DNA of 64,000 nt from Candidatus Sysuimicrobiota bacterium (GCA_040289515.1 PSLI01000006.1:2729-66728), one strand, 5' to 3'; shown: positions 46,400 to 56,590, counted from the stretch's first letter. Numbers and translations: made by a program. The notes: generated by a model from the sequence alone, not told the origin.

Positions 46400-48175
46400 A
46401 TGGCCCCACGGACCGCTCCGCCGCCGGTGTACCTGGCCGTCGTCCTCCTGCTGGCCCTCCCGGCGGCAGCTCAACCGGGCTTCCCCGCGGTGGTGGTGAA
46501 CGGCGTGCAGCTGCGCCTGGAGCCGCCGCCCGCCTTCCGGGGCGGCGTGCTCATGGCACCCCTGGAGGGATTGGTGGAAGCGTACGGGGCCACCAGCCGC
46601 TGGGATCCCTCCACCCGGGCAGCCCAGGTGATCGGGCCCCGCGGCACGCGGGTGGTGTTCCGGGCGGGAGACCGCGTCGCGGTGGTGGATGGACAGACCC
46701 GCCTCCTGCCCGCCACCCCGGAGGTGGTGGCAGGTAGACTCGTGGTCCCGGCCGAGTTCGTGTTCCGGGCCCTCGGAGCGTGGGTGAAGTGGGAGGAGTC
46801 AGAGGGCACCCTGCACGTGGCCTCCCAGGTGCTGCGGCTGGTCCTGGACCGCGCCCCGGGCGCGCTGCGGATGCAGGTGGAGGCCACCGGCCCCATCCAG
46901 GTTCGCACCGTGCTCCTCTCGCAACCGGATCGGTTGGTGGTGGACCTGGTGAACGCCGCCTCCCGCATCGAGACTCGGGAGGTGAGCCTGGGCCAGTTCG
47001 GCGTCCGACGTGTGCGCGTGGCCCAGTTCCAGGTCAAGCCGTACGTGACGCGGGTGGTGCTGGATCTGGAAGCTCCCCTGCAGGTGGACGTGGAGCCGTC
47101 TGCGGCATCCGGTGCGGTCCTGTGGCTGCGGCCCGCAGCGGGATCCGTGGCCTCCGCGTCGCCGGCTCCCTCCCCGCCGCCAGCGCCTTCGCTGACGCCC
47201 GCCGCTGCAGGTGACCCGCGGCCCGAACCCGACAGCCCGCAAGAGGTCAGCCCACCGCCCGCGAGCCCCTCCGCAGCGCTCCCATCCGACGTGCCGCGGA
47301 TCGTAGAAGTGGCGGTGCAGCGGGAGGTGGGCCGACTGCGGGTGGTGGTGCAGGCGGATCGGCCTGTGGACTACCAGGTGCGGGAGCTGCGGGAGCCCGA
47401 CCGGCTGGTGCTGGACATCCCCGCCATCTTCGTCCCTGTCAAACAGGAGCTGGCGGTGGGAGGCCCGGTGGAGGTGGTGCGCACCTCGCAGTTCCAGGCG
47501 AACCCCCCGGTGGCGCGCGTGGTGGTGCAGTGGCGGACCCGGACGCGGTACGAGGTGCTGACCGAGGAGGGCGGAAGCCGGGTAGTGGTGCTGGTGGACG
47601 ATCTTGCAGGGCAGCCACCCCAGGCCGGCCACCTAGTGGCCATCGATCCTGGCCACGGGGGCAAGGACCCAGGGGCCATCGGGGCCACGGGTCTCGTGGA
47701 GAAGGATGTGGTGCTGGACGTGGGGCTGCGGATGCGGGACGCGTTGCAGCGCCAGGGCGTGCGCACGGTGATGACCCGCGAAGCGGACGTGTTCGTGGAC
47801 CTCGCAGACCGCGTCCCCATCGCCCTGCGGGCGGGTGCCACGGTGTTCGTCAGCGTGCACGCCAACGCTACCACCCGAGGCGTCATCCGGGGCGTGGAGA
47901 CGTACTACCTGAAGCCCAACAGCGTGCTGCTGGCCACCTGGATCCAGGAGGAGCTGGGCCGCAGCCTGGGGATCCCGGACCGGGGTATTCGCACGGCCAA
48001 CTTCAGGGTCCTGCGGGACAGCCCCGTACCCGCGGTGCTGGTGGAGGTGGGGTACCTCACGAACCTGGAGGACGAGGCGCTGCTGCGCACCCCGGCTTTC
48101 CGCCAGCGGGTGGCGGAGGCCATCGCGCGGGGCGTGGTACGCTTTACCCGGCAGGTGCCCGCCCTGCAGCCGTAA
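46400..48175 (+). CDS. N-acetylmuramoyl-L-alanine amidase (Cu-amine-oxidase-N + two AMIN + Amidase_3)
   Basis: Signal peptide, 'PDRLVVDL/PDRLVLDI' AMIN repeats, Pro-rich linker, 'IDPGHGG', 'EK', 'SVHAN', 'LVEVGY'. Confidence 0.93.
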   Translation: MAPRTAPPPVYLAVVLLLALPAAAQPGFPAVVVNGVQLRLEPPPAFRGGVLMAPLEGLVEAYGATSRWDPSTRAAQVIGPRGTRVVFRAGDRVAVVDGQTRLLPATPEVVAGRLVVPAEFVFRALGAWVKWEESEGTLHVASQVLRLVLDRAPGALRMQVEATGPIQVRTVLLSQPDRLVVDLVNAASRIETREVSLGQFGVRRVRVAQFQVKPYVTRVVLDLEAPLQVDVEPSAASGAVLWLRPAAGSVASASPAPSPPPAPSLTPAAAGDPRPEPDSPQEVSPPPASPSAALPSDVPRIVEVAVQREVGRLRVVVQADRPVDYQVRELREPDRLVLDIPAIFVPVKQELAVGGPVEVVRTSQFQANPPVARVVVQWRTRTRYEVLTEEGGSRVVVLVDDLAGQPPQAGHLVAIDPGHGGKDPGAIGATGLVEKDVVLDVGLRMRDALQRQGVRTVMTREADVFVDLADRVPIALRAGATVFVSVHANATTRGVIRGVETYYLKPNSVLLATWIQEELGRSLGIPDRGIRTANFRVLRDSPVPAVLVEVGYLTNLEDEALLRTPAFRQRVAEAIARGVVRFTRQVPALQP

Positions 48176-48178
48176 ACG

Positions 48179-48946
48179 GTGAAGGGGGAGGCGGCCGTGT
48201 GGCTGTGGGTGTTGGGTCGTTCGGGCGGGTACCCGCGTCCGGGGGAGGCTTGCTCGGGCTACCTGGTGGAGGCCGGCGGCCAGCGGATCCTCCTGGACCT
48301 GGGGCACGGGGCCCTGTCCCGGCTGCTCCTGTACCAGGACGTGTACGGTCTGGACGTGCTGGTGCTCTCCCACCGGCATCCCGACCATGTGGCGGACGTA
48401 CCGGCCCTGCGCGTGGCCCTGCGTTGGGGCCGCCCGCCTGCCTCCTGGCCCGGCCGCCTGCCGGTGCTGGCCCCGCAGGGGACGCGGGAGTACCTGGAGC
48501 ACGTGGTGGGTGAGCCTGCCCTGGAGGAGTTCGACTTCCACTACATCCGGGAGGACCAGCCCGTGGAGCTGGACGGGGTGCGGCTGCATTTCCGCCGGAC
48601 CCGGCACCCGGTGGAGACCTACGCGCTGCGCCTGGAAGCCTCAGGTGCGGTGCTGGCCTACACCGCGGACACGGCGCCGTGGCAGCCCCTGGTGGAGCTG
48701 AGCCGCGGCGCCCACCTGCTCCTGGCGGAGGCCACCCTCTCGGAGCGCTACACGGATCGTGTGGAAGCCGTAGGCCACCTCACGGGTCATCATGCGGGGC
48801 AGCTGGCGCACCAGGCAGGTGTGCGGCGGTTGCTGCTCACGCACTTCTTCCCCACCACGGACCCCCAGGAGTCCGTGGCGGCGGCGCAGAAAGCGTTTGC
48901 GGGCCCGGTGGAGGCGGCGGAGGAGGGAACCAGCTACGAGGTCTAA
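48179..48946 (+). CDS. MBL-fold hydrolase (YhfI/Rv1339-like phosphodiesterase)
   Basis: 'ACSGYL', 'SHRHPDH', 'YTADT', 'GHLT', 'LTH'; usual position upstream of rph-rdgB. Confidence 0.85.
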   Translation: MKGEAAVWLWVLGRSGGYPRPGEACSGYLVEAGGQRILLDLGHGALSRLLLYQDVYGLDVLVLSHRHPDHVADVPALRVALRWGRPPASWPGRLPVLAPQGTREYLEHVVGEPALEEFDFHYIREDQPVELDGVRLHFRRTRHPVETYALRLEASGAVLAYTADTAPWQPLVELSRGAHLLLAEATLSERYTDRVEAVGHLTGHHAGQLAHQAGVRRLLLTHFFPTTDPQESVAAAQKAFAGPVEAAEEGTSYEV

Positions 48947-48950
48947 TCCG

Positions 48951-49676
48951 GTCACCATCCGACGGCCCGATGGACGCGCGCCGGACGAGCTGCGACCGTG
49001 CCGGATCGTGCGCGGCTACCTGAAATACGCGGAGGGCTCGGCCCTCATCGAGCTGGGGGACACCCGCGTGGTGTGCGCGGCCACCATCGAGGAGCGGGTG
49101 CCCCCCTGGCTAAGGGGATCCGGACAGGGCTGGGTCACCGCGGAGTACGGCATGCTGCCGCGGTCGTCCCGGGAGCGCATCCCGCGGGATCCCCTGGGCA
49201 AGCCCGGGGGGCGCGCGGCGGAGATCCAGCGGCTCATCGGCCGGTCCCTGCGGGCCGCGGTGGACCTGAAAAAGCTGGGGGAGCGCACCGTGTGGCTGGA
49301 CTGCGACGTGCTGCAGGCGGACGGGGGGACGCGGACCGCGGCGGTCACGGGCGCCTTCGTGGCCCTGGTGGACGCCCTGAGCCTGTTGCACCGTACCCAG
49401 GCCCTCTCCATCTGGCCCGTGCGCAGCTTCGTGGCTGCCACCAGCGTGGGCATTGTGGCCGGGGTGCCCATGCTGGACCTGGCCTACGAGGAGGACGCGC
49501 GGGCGGAGGTGGACATGAACCTGGTGATGACCGACCGCGGGGAGCTGGTGGAGGTCCAGGGAACCGCGGAAGGCCGTCCGTTCACGCGCGATGAGCTGCG
49601 GGAGCTGCTGGCCTTGGGGGAGAGGGGCATCCGGCAGCTGGTGGATCTGCAGAAGCGGACCCTGCAGGGCTCGTGA
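48951..49676 (+). CDS. rph: Ribonuclease PH (start codon unclear)
   Basis: '[12 protein letters not shown]', '[11 protein letters not shown]', '[11 protein letters not shown]', '[14 protein letters not shown]'. Confidence 0.95.
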   Translation, partial: VTIRRPDGRAPDELRPCRIVRGYLKYAEGSALIELGDTRVVCAATIEERVPPWLRGSGQGWVTAEYGMLPRSSRERIPRDPLGKPGGRAAEIQRLIGRSLRAAVDLKKLGERTVWLDCDVLQADGGTRTAAVTGAFVALVDALSLLHRTQALSIWPVRSFVAATSVGIVAGVPMLDLAYEEDARAEVDMNLVMTDRGELVEVQGTAEGRPFTRDELRELLALGERGIRQLVDLQKRTLQGS

Positions 49677-50284
49677 GGCGTTTGGTGCTCGCTACCCGCA
49701 ACGAGGCCAAGCGCGCGGAGCTGGAGCGGATGTTACGGGACCTCCCCCTGGAGCTGCACAGCCTTCGGGACTACCCTGACGTCCCGCTCCTGCCCGAGGA
49801 GGCCGACAGCTACGAGGCCAACGCGCGCTCCAAGGCCCTCACGGTGGCCCGCTGGGTGCGCGAGGTGGCCCTGGCGGACGACTCCGGGTTGGAGGTGGAC
49901 TACCTGGAGGGCCAACCGGGGGTTCACTCGGCCCGCTTCCTGGGAGAGCAAGCTTCGGACGCGGACCGGAACCGGGAGATCCTCCGGCGCCTGGCGGGGG
50001 TCCCACCCGAGAGCCGGACGGCGCGCTACCGAGCTGTGGTGGCGGTGGCCTTCCCCGACGGGCGTGTGTACACCTTCGAGGGTACCTGCGAGGGGGCCAT
50101 CGCCCTGGAGCCCCGCGGCACCGGCGGGTTCGGGTACGACCCGATCTTCTACCTGCCGGACCTGGACCGGACCATGGCGGAGCTGAGCCCCCAGGAGAAG
50201 GACCTCATCAGCCACCGGGGGCAGGCCCTGCGGAAGGCTCGGGCGTTCCTCCTGCAGGTGGTGCAGGGCGAGCCCGGGGCTTGA
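49673..50284 (+). CDS. rdgB: XTP/dITP diphosphatase
   Basis: 'LATRN..K', 'ADDSGL', 'PGVHSAR', 'GFGYDP', 'SHRG'. Confidence 0.95.
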   Translation: MRRLVLATRNEAKRAELERMLRDLPLELHSLRDYPDVPLLPEEADSYEANARSKALTVARWVREVALADDSGLEVDYLEGQPGVHSARFLGEQASDADRNREILRRLAGVPPESRTARYRAVVAVAFPDGRVYTFEGTCEGAIALEPRGTGGFGYDPIFYLPDLDRTMAELSPQEKDLISHRGQALRKARAFLLQVVQGEPGA

Positions 50285-50325
50285 AGCCATTGCTACACTG
50301 ACACCAGGGCGACTGGGAGGGCAAC

Positions 50326-51012
50326 GTGTCAAACGTGTTTTTTAACAACCCCTTCTGGACGTACTGGGCTCTGACTTTCGCGGTGTTCCTCATTTATGCG
50401 GCCTCCTTCCTAGTGGCGGCGCTGGACGTGCGAGAGGAGATCGCGGAGCAGCTGCGGAAGGCGCAGCAGCGGCGGGCCCGCACGAAGCCCCGGTTCGAGG
50501 ACCCGCTGGCGGGGCACAGTGTGGCGGCCACCCTGGACCCCGGAGCCAACCGGCAGCTGCCAGCGTTTTTGCAGTGGGTGTACGACGAAGTGACCCCCAT
50601 CGTCCAGCGGCTCGGGATTCAGGCGCGCATCCTGGTCTACCAGGACTCCAAAGGCCACCCCCTAGTGCACCTGACGGACGGCCAGCGCCTGGTGACCTAC
50701 CGCCTGGACCGCACCCTGGCGGAGGAGGCCCGAGCGGGCAACCAGCCGTCTTTGGAGGAAGCCCGGCGACGCGTGGAGGCGTTTTTGAGGCTGGAGTGGC
50801 TGGGGGATTCCAGCGCCATGCAGCGCACCACGGAGCTCGCCAAGGAGGCCAAGCCAAAGGGCGAGGCGGCTGCCCAGGAAGGCCCCGCACCTGCAGCGCC
50901 AGCGCCGGCTGCTGCCGCAGACCCTAGGGCTGCGGAGCGGCAGCAGCTCATCGAGGAGGCCAAGGCCAGGGCCGCGGCTCGGAAGACGCAGCAGCCAGGG
51001 TCGGCATCCTAA
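50326..51012 (+). CDS. Hypothetical single-pass membrane protein
   Basis: GGAGG RBS, extended -10 TGcTACACT at 50291-50299, aromatic TM helix, globular middle, Ala/Pro-rich tail. Confidence 0.75.
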   Translation: MSNVFFNNPFWTYWALTFAVFLIYAASFLVAALDVREEIAEQLRKAQQRRARTKPRFEDPLAGHSVAATLDPGANRQLPAFLQWVYDEVTPIVQRLGIQARILVYQDSKGHPLVHLTDGQRLVTYRLDRTLAEEARAGNQPSLEEARRRVEAFLRLEWLGDSSAMQRTTELAKEAKPKGEAAAQEGPAPAAPAPAAAADPRAAERQQLIEEAKARAAARKTQQPGSAS

Positions 51013-52652
51013 ACCCCGCCCTCCTGCGTCAGCAGTACCCGCCTGGCCACGGGCACGGGAGGTGCGCCCAGGTCCAGCAGCCGGTCGTGGAAGGTGCGCA
51101 GGCAGAAGGCGTCCTTCAGACACCGTTCACACTCAGCGCGCAGCTGCCGGATCAACAGCTTGCCCAGCGTGTAGGACAGGTAGCCGGGGTCGAAGGTCCC
51201 CCGCTCGGCCTCCTTGCGGGCGGGCAGCGGCTCCAGGTGGGCCTCCTGGCTGAACCGGCGCGCAGCCTCTTCCACGGTCCACCCTTCCGTGTGCAGCCCC
51301 AGGGAGGCGCGGAACCGCACCGCCCGCACTAGGGCGTCCGTCAGCTGGGCCACCCGCAGCCGGGGATCCCCATCCCCGTAGCCGCTCTCCAGCATCATCT
51401 CCTCGCAGTAGTGGGCCCACCCCTCCACGAAGGCGTAGGAGGTGAGGGCTCGGGCCACGCGGGAAGAGAGCCCGCGCAGCCGCAGGAAGTGCACGTGGTG
51501 CCCGGGGTACGCCTCGTGGACGCTCGTGTTGCGCAGGGTGTACACGTCGAAGCGGGATAGCCACGCCTGCTTCTCCGCGACAGACCACCCGGGATCCGGC
51601 AGGGTCACGTAGTAGTAGGACTCCACCTCGCCTTCCTCGAAGGGGCCCGCGGTGTCCATCATGGCGAAGGCCCAGCGCAGAAAAGGGGGGGTGGGCTCCA
51701 CGCGGCAGTCCGCGGGCTCCGGAACGGTCACCACGGGGTTGCGGCGCAAAAACTCCCGCAGCTCCGCCAGGATGGCCTGCACGCACGGTAACAGCTCTTC
51801 CTCGCTCGGATGTTCCCGCGAGAGAAGGCGTACCACTTCCTCGGGCGGGCGGTGTGGGTCCACGCGCCGGGCAGCCTCCTCCAGCTCCTGGTGCAGCCGG
51901 GCCAGCTCCTCCTCCGCGCACCGACGCAACGATTCCAGGTCAAGATCCACCCGCTCACCGGTCCAAAGCATCCGGCGGTAGCGGTCCGGCCCCAGGGCGA
52001 ACTCCCCGGAGGCGGATGGCAGCAGCTCCTCGGCCAGGAACGCCACGAACGCCTGTACCGCCTCCACCGCGGGGCCGTGGGCTTCCTCAAACCGCGCCCG
52101 AACGGGGCCCGAAACCTCGCGAACCAGGGGCGGCAGCTGATCCCGTAGGAACTCCAGCCCTCCCTGAAACATCTCCAGGGCGGTGCGAACGAACACCCGG
52201 GGACAGTCGGCTTCCAGGTTGCATCGCGCCTCCTGCAGGAGCCGGGGAAGCTGCCGCAGGTGCTCCGCCACAGCCAGGACCCGCCGGTCCAGGGGGGCGT
52301 AGCTGCGCTTCACGTACACCGTCACGTCCAGGGCGTCCACGTACGCCAGCGGGTTGCGCTGGAAGCTCCGCAGGTCCTCCAGCTCGAACCGTTCGCGCTC
52401 CAGGCCTGCCAGCAGGATCTCCCGTTCCAGGCGTTCCGCGCTGTCCAGGGACTCCCCTGGTAGCTCACGAACTGCGCGTTCGTGCTCCCGCACCGTCCGC
52501 AGCCGGGCGTCCAGGGCCTGCGGGGTAAAAAAGCCCAGGCGGCCGTCGTAGGCGTGCAACCCCAGCCGCGCTGCCCACGTGGGGTAGAACTCGAACGCCG
52601 CATTCAGAACCTCGTCGGCCAGGCTTTGAAACCGCTTCTCCATGTTCTCCAT
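51009..52652 (-). CDS. DUF885 family (M-clan metallopeptidase-like) protein
   Basis: 'HEAYPGHH', 'FVEGWAHYCE', 'SYTLGK', 'FHDRLL'; ATG after GGAGG. Confidence 0.88.
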   Translation of the reverse strand: MENMEKRFQSLADEVLNAAFEFYPTWAARLGLHAYDGRLGFFTPQALDARLRTVREHERAVRELPGESLDSAERLEREILLAGLERERFELEDLRSFQRNPLAYVDALDVTVYVKRSYAPLDRRVLAVAEHLRQLPRLLQEARCNLEADCPRVFVRTALEMFQGGLEFLRDQLPPLVREVSGPVRARFEEAHGPAVEAVQAFVAFLAEELLPSASGEFALGPDRYRRMLWTGERVDLDLESLRRCAEEELARLHQELEEAARRVDPHRPPEEVVRLLSREHPSEEELLPCVQAILAELREFLRRNPVVTVPEPADCRVEPTPPFLRWAFAMMDTAGPFEEGEVESYYYVTLPDPGWSVAEKQAWLSRFDVYTLRNTSVHEAYPGHHVHFLRLRGLSSRVARALTSYAFVEGWAHYCEEMMLESGYGDGDPRLRVAQLTDALVRAVRFRASLGLHTEGWTVEEAARRFSQEAHLEPLPARKEAERGTFDPGYLSYTLGKLLIRQLRAECERCLKDAFCLRTFHDRLLDLGAPPVPVARRVLLTQEGGV

Positions 52653-52707
52653 GGCGTCGCCTCCTTCCCGGAGGTTGTTCGGGATCGGCCTCGCCATTCC
52701 CTGGCCG

Positions 52708-52736
52708 TTGACGGTCCCCAAGCCCCTCCGTACAGT
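52708..52736 (+). promoter_or_regulatory. sigma70 promoter for tRNA-Pro
   Basis: TTGACG-N17-TACAGT, 7 nt before the tRNA. Confidence 0.65.
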
Positions 52737-52743
52737 GGAGGCG

Positions 52744-52818
52744 CGGGGTGTGGCGCAGCGGAAGCGCATCGGCTTTGGGAGCCGAAGGTCGCCGGTTCGA
52801 ATCCGGCCGCCCCGACCA
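52744..52818 (+). tRNA. tRNA-Pro(TGG)
   Basis: Acceptor CGGGGTG/CGCCCCG-ACCA, anticodon arm TCGGC-TT-TGG-GA-GCCGA, GGTTCGAATCC. Confidence 0.95.
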
Positions 52819-52884
52819 AGGGGGCAGGGCACAAAGTGGGACCAGCAGTTGTGTTGCCCGTGAGCGCGTGCTGCGAGGTGCACC

Positions 52885-53391
52885 GTGCGTAGACGCCCCC
52901 ACATCGGGGTGATCGGCGAGCAGGACGCCCGACCGGAGATGTGCTGTCTGGCGGAGGAGATAGGGCACGAGGTGGCCCGGCGGGGCGCAGTGCTGGTGTG
53001 CGGGGGTCTGGGTGGGGTGATGGAGGCGGCTTCCCGTGGAGCTGCGGAGGCTGGAGGGACCGTGGTGGCGATCCTGCCGGGCGCCCGAGCGGAGGAGGCG
53101 AACCCGTACGTGACGGTGCCGGTGGTGACGGGCCTCGGGGAGGCGCGGAACGTGATCGTGGTGCGCACCTCGGACGCCCTGGTGGCGGTGGGGGGAAGCT
53201 ATGGCACCCTGTCGGAGATCGCGTACGCCCTGAAGCTGGGGGTACCCGTCGTGGGTCTGGCTACCTGGGAGCTGTCGCGGCCCGGACTGGAGCAGGACCC
53301 CATCCTCCGCGCGCGCGACGCCCGCGAGGCGGTGGAGCTGGCGTGGGAACTGGCTCTGCGCCGCACGCAGGGCACCTGTCCACAACGGTGA
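52885..53391 (+). CDS. TIGR00725 / LOG-family nucleotide-binding protein
   Basis: 'CGGLGGVMEA', 'GEARN', 'GGSYGTLSE'. Confidence 0.88.
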   Translation: MRRRPHIGVIGEQDARPEMCCLAEEIGHEVARRGAVLVCGGLGGVMEAASRGAAEAGGTVVAILPGARAEEANPYVTVPVVTGLGEARNVIVVRTSDALVAVGGSYGTLSEIAYALKLGVPVVGLATWELSRPGLEQDPILRARDAREAVELAWELALRRTQGTCPQR

Positions 53392-53435
53392 AGAGGAGCT
53401 GAGGAGGGAGGGAAAGACGAGTGGGGAGGTGCGGT

Positions 53436-53894
53436 ATGCGCATCGTGCGAGCCATCGCGGTCGTCCTTGCAGGGAGCGTGCTGGTCGGCGGGGTGGCTTC
53501 GGCCAAGCCCAAGGAGCAGCGGGTGAAGCTGTATCGCGCGGGGGAGACCTTCTGCACCAGCCGGACCCTTGTGTGGGGAACGGGGGCGGTGGTGGTGGAG
53601 GACCGCTGCTACGTGGTGGCCCTCGTACGGAAACCGGAGGGCACGTTCGTGGCTTTCCTGGACCCGGGCGTCCACGTCCCACCGGGGCAGCTGGTGCGGC
53701 TCAACACCCCCGCGGGGGCCAAGTTGCGGGGCCGCATCTTTTACCTGGTGCCCGTGCGAACCGTGGTGGCCGTGCCGGTGAACACCCTGGTGGTGGTCCC
53801 GATCCGCGTGGAAGAGGAGGGGTCCCGGCTGAACCTGATCCTGACCGCGCCCCAGGCTCCAACCCTGACGGTCGTGTTCAGCGTCCGCCTGTAA
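53436..53894 (+). CDS. Secreted hypothetical beta-rich protein
   Basis: GGAGG RBS, Sec signal ending ASA, two Cys, genome-like codon use. Confidence 0.75.
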   Translation: MRIVRAIAVVLAGSVLVGGVASAKPKEQRVKLYRAGETFCTSRTLVWGTGAVVVEDRCYVVALVRKPEGTFVAFLDPGVHVPPGQLVRLNTPAGAKLRGRIFYLVPVRTVVAVPVNTLVVVPIRVEEEGSRLNLILTAPQAPTLTVVFSVRL

Positions 53895-53981
53895 CCCCGC
53901 CGGCCCATCCAGGATGGCGCGCGCACTGGGTTCTATGATATACGATATAGATGCACGCAGCATGCTGGCTGGGGGTGTGCT

Positions 53982-54429
53982 ATGAGAGCAGTTGGGGTTG
54001 TCCTGGCCACTGTTAGTGTGTGCTGAGACCAACGAGGACAAGGTGAAGTTCCTGGGCTACCACGACTTCAAGCTGCGCTGGACTGCCTTCGTCCTGGCCA
54101 ACACCACCGCGGCCCTGGCGGGGAGCCTGTACGGGGTGTACTTCGGGTTCGTGAGCCCGGAGATGGCCAGCGCCGCCCGCGCCGCGGACCCCGTGGTGGT
54201 CACCATCCTGGGCGGCACGGGCACCCTGTACGGGCCCCTGGTGGGCGCCCTGGCCTACGTGGGGATGAAGGACCTGGTGAGCGGCATCGTGGGGAACTGG
54301 GAGTTCTTGGTGGGCTTGCTGCTGGTGGTTATCATGCTGGCGGGCGAACGGGGCATCTGGGGGACCCTGGAGCCGTGGGTGCGCCGGCGGTGGACGTGGC
54401 GGCGGCCGGCTCCGGCCTTGCAGGAGTAG
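53982..54429 (+). pseudogene. Truncated branched-chain amino acid ABC locus: signal-peptide stub fused to LivM C-terminal fragment
   Basis: MRAVGVVLATVSVC* (53982-54026), then 'NEDKVKFLGY...ALAGSLY...ILGGTGTLYGP', the LivM C-terminal third only. Confidence 0.7.
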
Positions 54430-54438
54430 GAGGTAGGC

Positions 54439-55308
54439 GTGGACGCCCCCCTTTGGGTCTCCGGCGTGGTGTACGGGCTCAGCATGGGGAGCATTTTCTT
54501 CCTGCTGGCCGCGGGGCTGTCCTTTTGCTTTGGGCTGATGCGGATCATCAGCCTGGACCAGCTCCTGTACTACTCCCTGGGGGCGTACGTGGCCTACCAG
54601 GTGAACGTGGCCACGGGTCTCACCTGGCCCGCCATGCTGTGCGGGGCTCTGGCTGCGGGGGCGCTGAGCTGGGTGGTGGAGCGGTGGGTGTTCGACCGCA
54701 TCTACGCTCGGGAGATCACCTTCACCATGATCACCTCCTTCGGGATCCTGGTGGCCGGGGTAGGGGCTATCAAGTACGTGTGGGGCCTGGTTCCGCGCCC
54801 CATGGGGATCCCCGTGGAGGCCCAGGTGGCGGTGCTGGGCGTGAACGTGCCCGTGTACCGGATCCTCGTGATTGCCATCACGGGGGCTGTGTACGCAGTC
54901 ATTCAGTGGCTGCTGAACTGGACCATGGTGGGGACCGCCATCCGGGCTGCGGTGGAGGACGTGGACCAGGTGGAGGGGCTCGGGGTGGACGTGTACCGCC
55001 TGTTCACGGGTACCTTCGTAGGGGCAGGGATGCTGTCGGGGCTAGCGGGGGCCTTGCACGGACCCCTGGTGATGGTGGATCCTCAGATGGGTCTTGAGGT
55101 GGTTCCTTTCGTGTTTATGGTGGTCATCATCGGAGGCCTCGGGAGTCTCAAGGGCACCCTGGTATCCGCCTTCCTGGTGGGGCAGGTGGTGTCCCTGGGG
55201 TCCCTCGTGTACGCGCCGTTGGCTCAGATGGCCCCCTTTGCCGCCATGCTCCTAATTCTCCTGTGGAAGCCAACGGGCCTGTACGGGAGTGCACTGCTGA
55301 GGCGCTAG
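54439..55308 (+). CDS. Branched-chain amino acid ABC permease LivH-like
   Basis: 'AAGLSFCFGLM', 'GTAIRA', 'VIIGGLGS', 'KPTGLYG'. Confidence 0.88.
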   Translation: MDAPLWVSGVVYGLSMGSIFFLLAAGLSFCFGLMRIISLDQLLYYSLGAYVAYQVNVATGLTWPAMLCGALAAGALSWVVERWVFDRIYAREITFTMITSFGILVAGVGAIKYVWGLVPRPMGIPVEAQVAVLGVNVPVYRILVIAITGAVYAVIQWLLNWTMVGTAIRAAVEDVDQVEGLGVDVYRLFTGTFVGAGMLSGLAGALHGPLVMVDPQMGLEVVPFVFMVVIIGGLGSLKGTLVSAFLVGQVVSLGSLVYAPLAQMAPFAAMLLILLWKPTGLYGSALLRR

Positions 55309-55313
55309 CGGCG

Positions 55314-56024
55314 ATGGCTCTGCTGGAGCTGGAGGACCTGCACGTATACTACGGGAACATCCACGCCCTCAAGGGGGTATCCCTGCGGGTGGAGCCCAGG
55401 GAGATTGTGGCCCTGCTGGGCGCCAACGGGGCGGGGAAGAGCACCACCCTGAACACCGTGAGCGGGTTGCTGCGGCCCCGCTCCGGAGCGGTGCGTTTGG
55501 AGGGGGAGGATCTGACCCGGGTGCCCCCCCACAACATCGTTCAGCGGGGAGTGGTGCAGGTCCCCGAGGGACGGCGGATCTTCGGTCAGCTCACGGTGCT
55601 GGAGAATCTGGAGATGGGTGCCTTCACCAGGGCGGACCCCCACGGCGTCCGGGAGGATGTTGACCGAGTGTTCGCCCTGTTCCCGAGGCTGAAAGAGCGC
55701 GCCGGGCAGGTGGCGGGCACCCTCTCGGGCGGAGAGCAGCAGATGCTGGCCATCGGGCGGGCCCTCATGGCCCGGCCGCGGGTGCTCCTCATGGACGAGC
55801 CCTCCATGGGGCTCGCGCCGCTGCTCGTGGAGCAGATCTTCGACGCCATTCAAGAGATCAACCGACAGGGCACCACCATCCTCCTGGTGGAGCAGAACGC
55901 GTACATGGCCCTGCAGATAGCCCGCCGGGGTTACGTTCTGCAGACGGGCCGGGTGGTGCTGGAGGGTCCAGCCGAGCAGCTCCGGGAGAACCCAGAGGTC
56001 AAGCGGGCCTACTTGGGCGGTTGA
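55314..56024 (+). CDS. livF: Branched-chain amino acid ABC ATPase LivF-like
   Basis: GANGAGKS, 'VPEGRRIF', 'LSGGEQQMLA', 'DEPSMGLAP', 'VEQN'. Confidence 0.92.
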   Translation: MALLELEDLHVYYGNIHALKGVSLRVEPREIVALLGANGAGKSTTLNTVSGLLRPRSGAVRLEGEDLTRVPPHNIVQRGVVQVPEGRRIFGQLTVLENLEMGAFTRADPHGVREDVDRVFALFPRLKERAGQVAGTLSGGEQQMLAIGRALMARPRVLLMDEPSMGLAPLLVEQIFDAIQEINRQGTTILLVEQNAYMALQIARRGYVLQTGRVVLEGPAEQLRENPEVKRAYLGG

Positions 56025-56114
56025 CCTCCTCGGGTGCCCCCCACTGTCTTGAAATGGCCGTTACACCCATAGGGTTCTATGGTGCCGGCAGCGTGCAGGA
56101 AAGGGGAGATCCTG

Positions 56115-56534
56115 ATGATCCGGAAGGTGGCGCTGGTGCTGTGTCTAGCCGTCTGGGGAGCTGTGGGGGCGGATGCGGGCCCCGCACCCCGCACCGTCCG
56201 GGTGTTCATGACGTCCTTCAAATTCGACCCCAACATCATCCAGCTGCGGCCGGGAGAGCGGGTGGTGCTGGAGCTGGTGAACGAGGACCCGCAGCGCCCG
56301 CACAACATCGCGTCCGAGCTGTTCAACCAGACTGCGCTGGTGGTGCGGGGGGAGTTCCGACAGGGCACCACCAGCGACGGCTGGAGGTACGTGTTCGTGG
56401 ACGCGGGAAAGCGGGCGGAGGTGGAGTTCACAGTTCCCCGGGTGGCCGCCGGGCAGGCGGTGTTCATCTGCAGCGTGGGCCAGCACGCGGCTCAGGGCAT
56501 GACCGGCGCCTTCGTGGTCCGGGGGGGGCAGTAG
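56115..56534 (+). CDS. Secreted cupredoxin (type-1 copper) protein
   Basis: Signal peptide; 'PHN' and C-x4-H-x4-M ('CSVGQHAAQGM') ligands. Confidence 0.85.
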   Translation: MIRKVALVLCLAVWGAVGADAGPAPRTVRVFMTSFKFDPNIIQLRPGERVVLELVNEDPQRPHNIASELFNQTALVVRGEFRQGTTSDGWRYVFVDAGKRAEVEFTVPRVAAGQAVFICSVGQHAAQGMTGAFVVRGGQ

Positions 56535-56561
56535 GGCGAGGGCCGTTTATCCTGGGGCGCT

Positions 56562-56590
56562 TTGCGCAGCCTGCGGATTTTCACTATACT
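56562..56590 (+). promoter_or_regulatory. sigma70 promoter for tRNA-Ala-ilvE-leuS
   Basis: TTGCGC-N17-TATACT. Confidence 0.6.
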
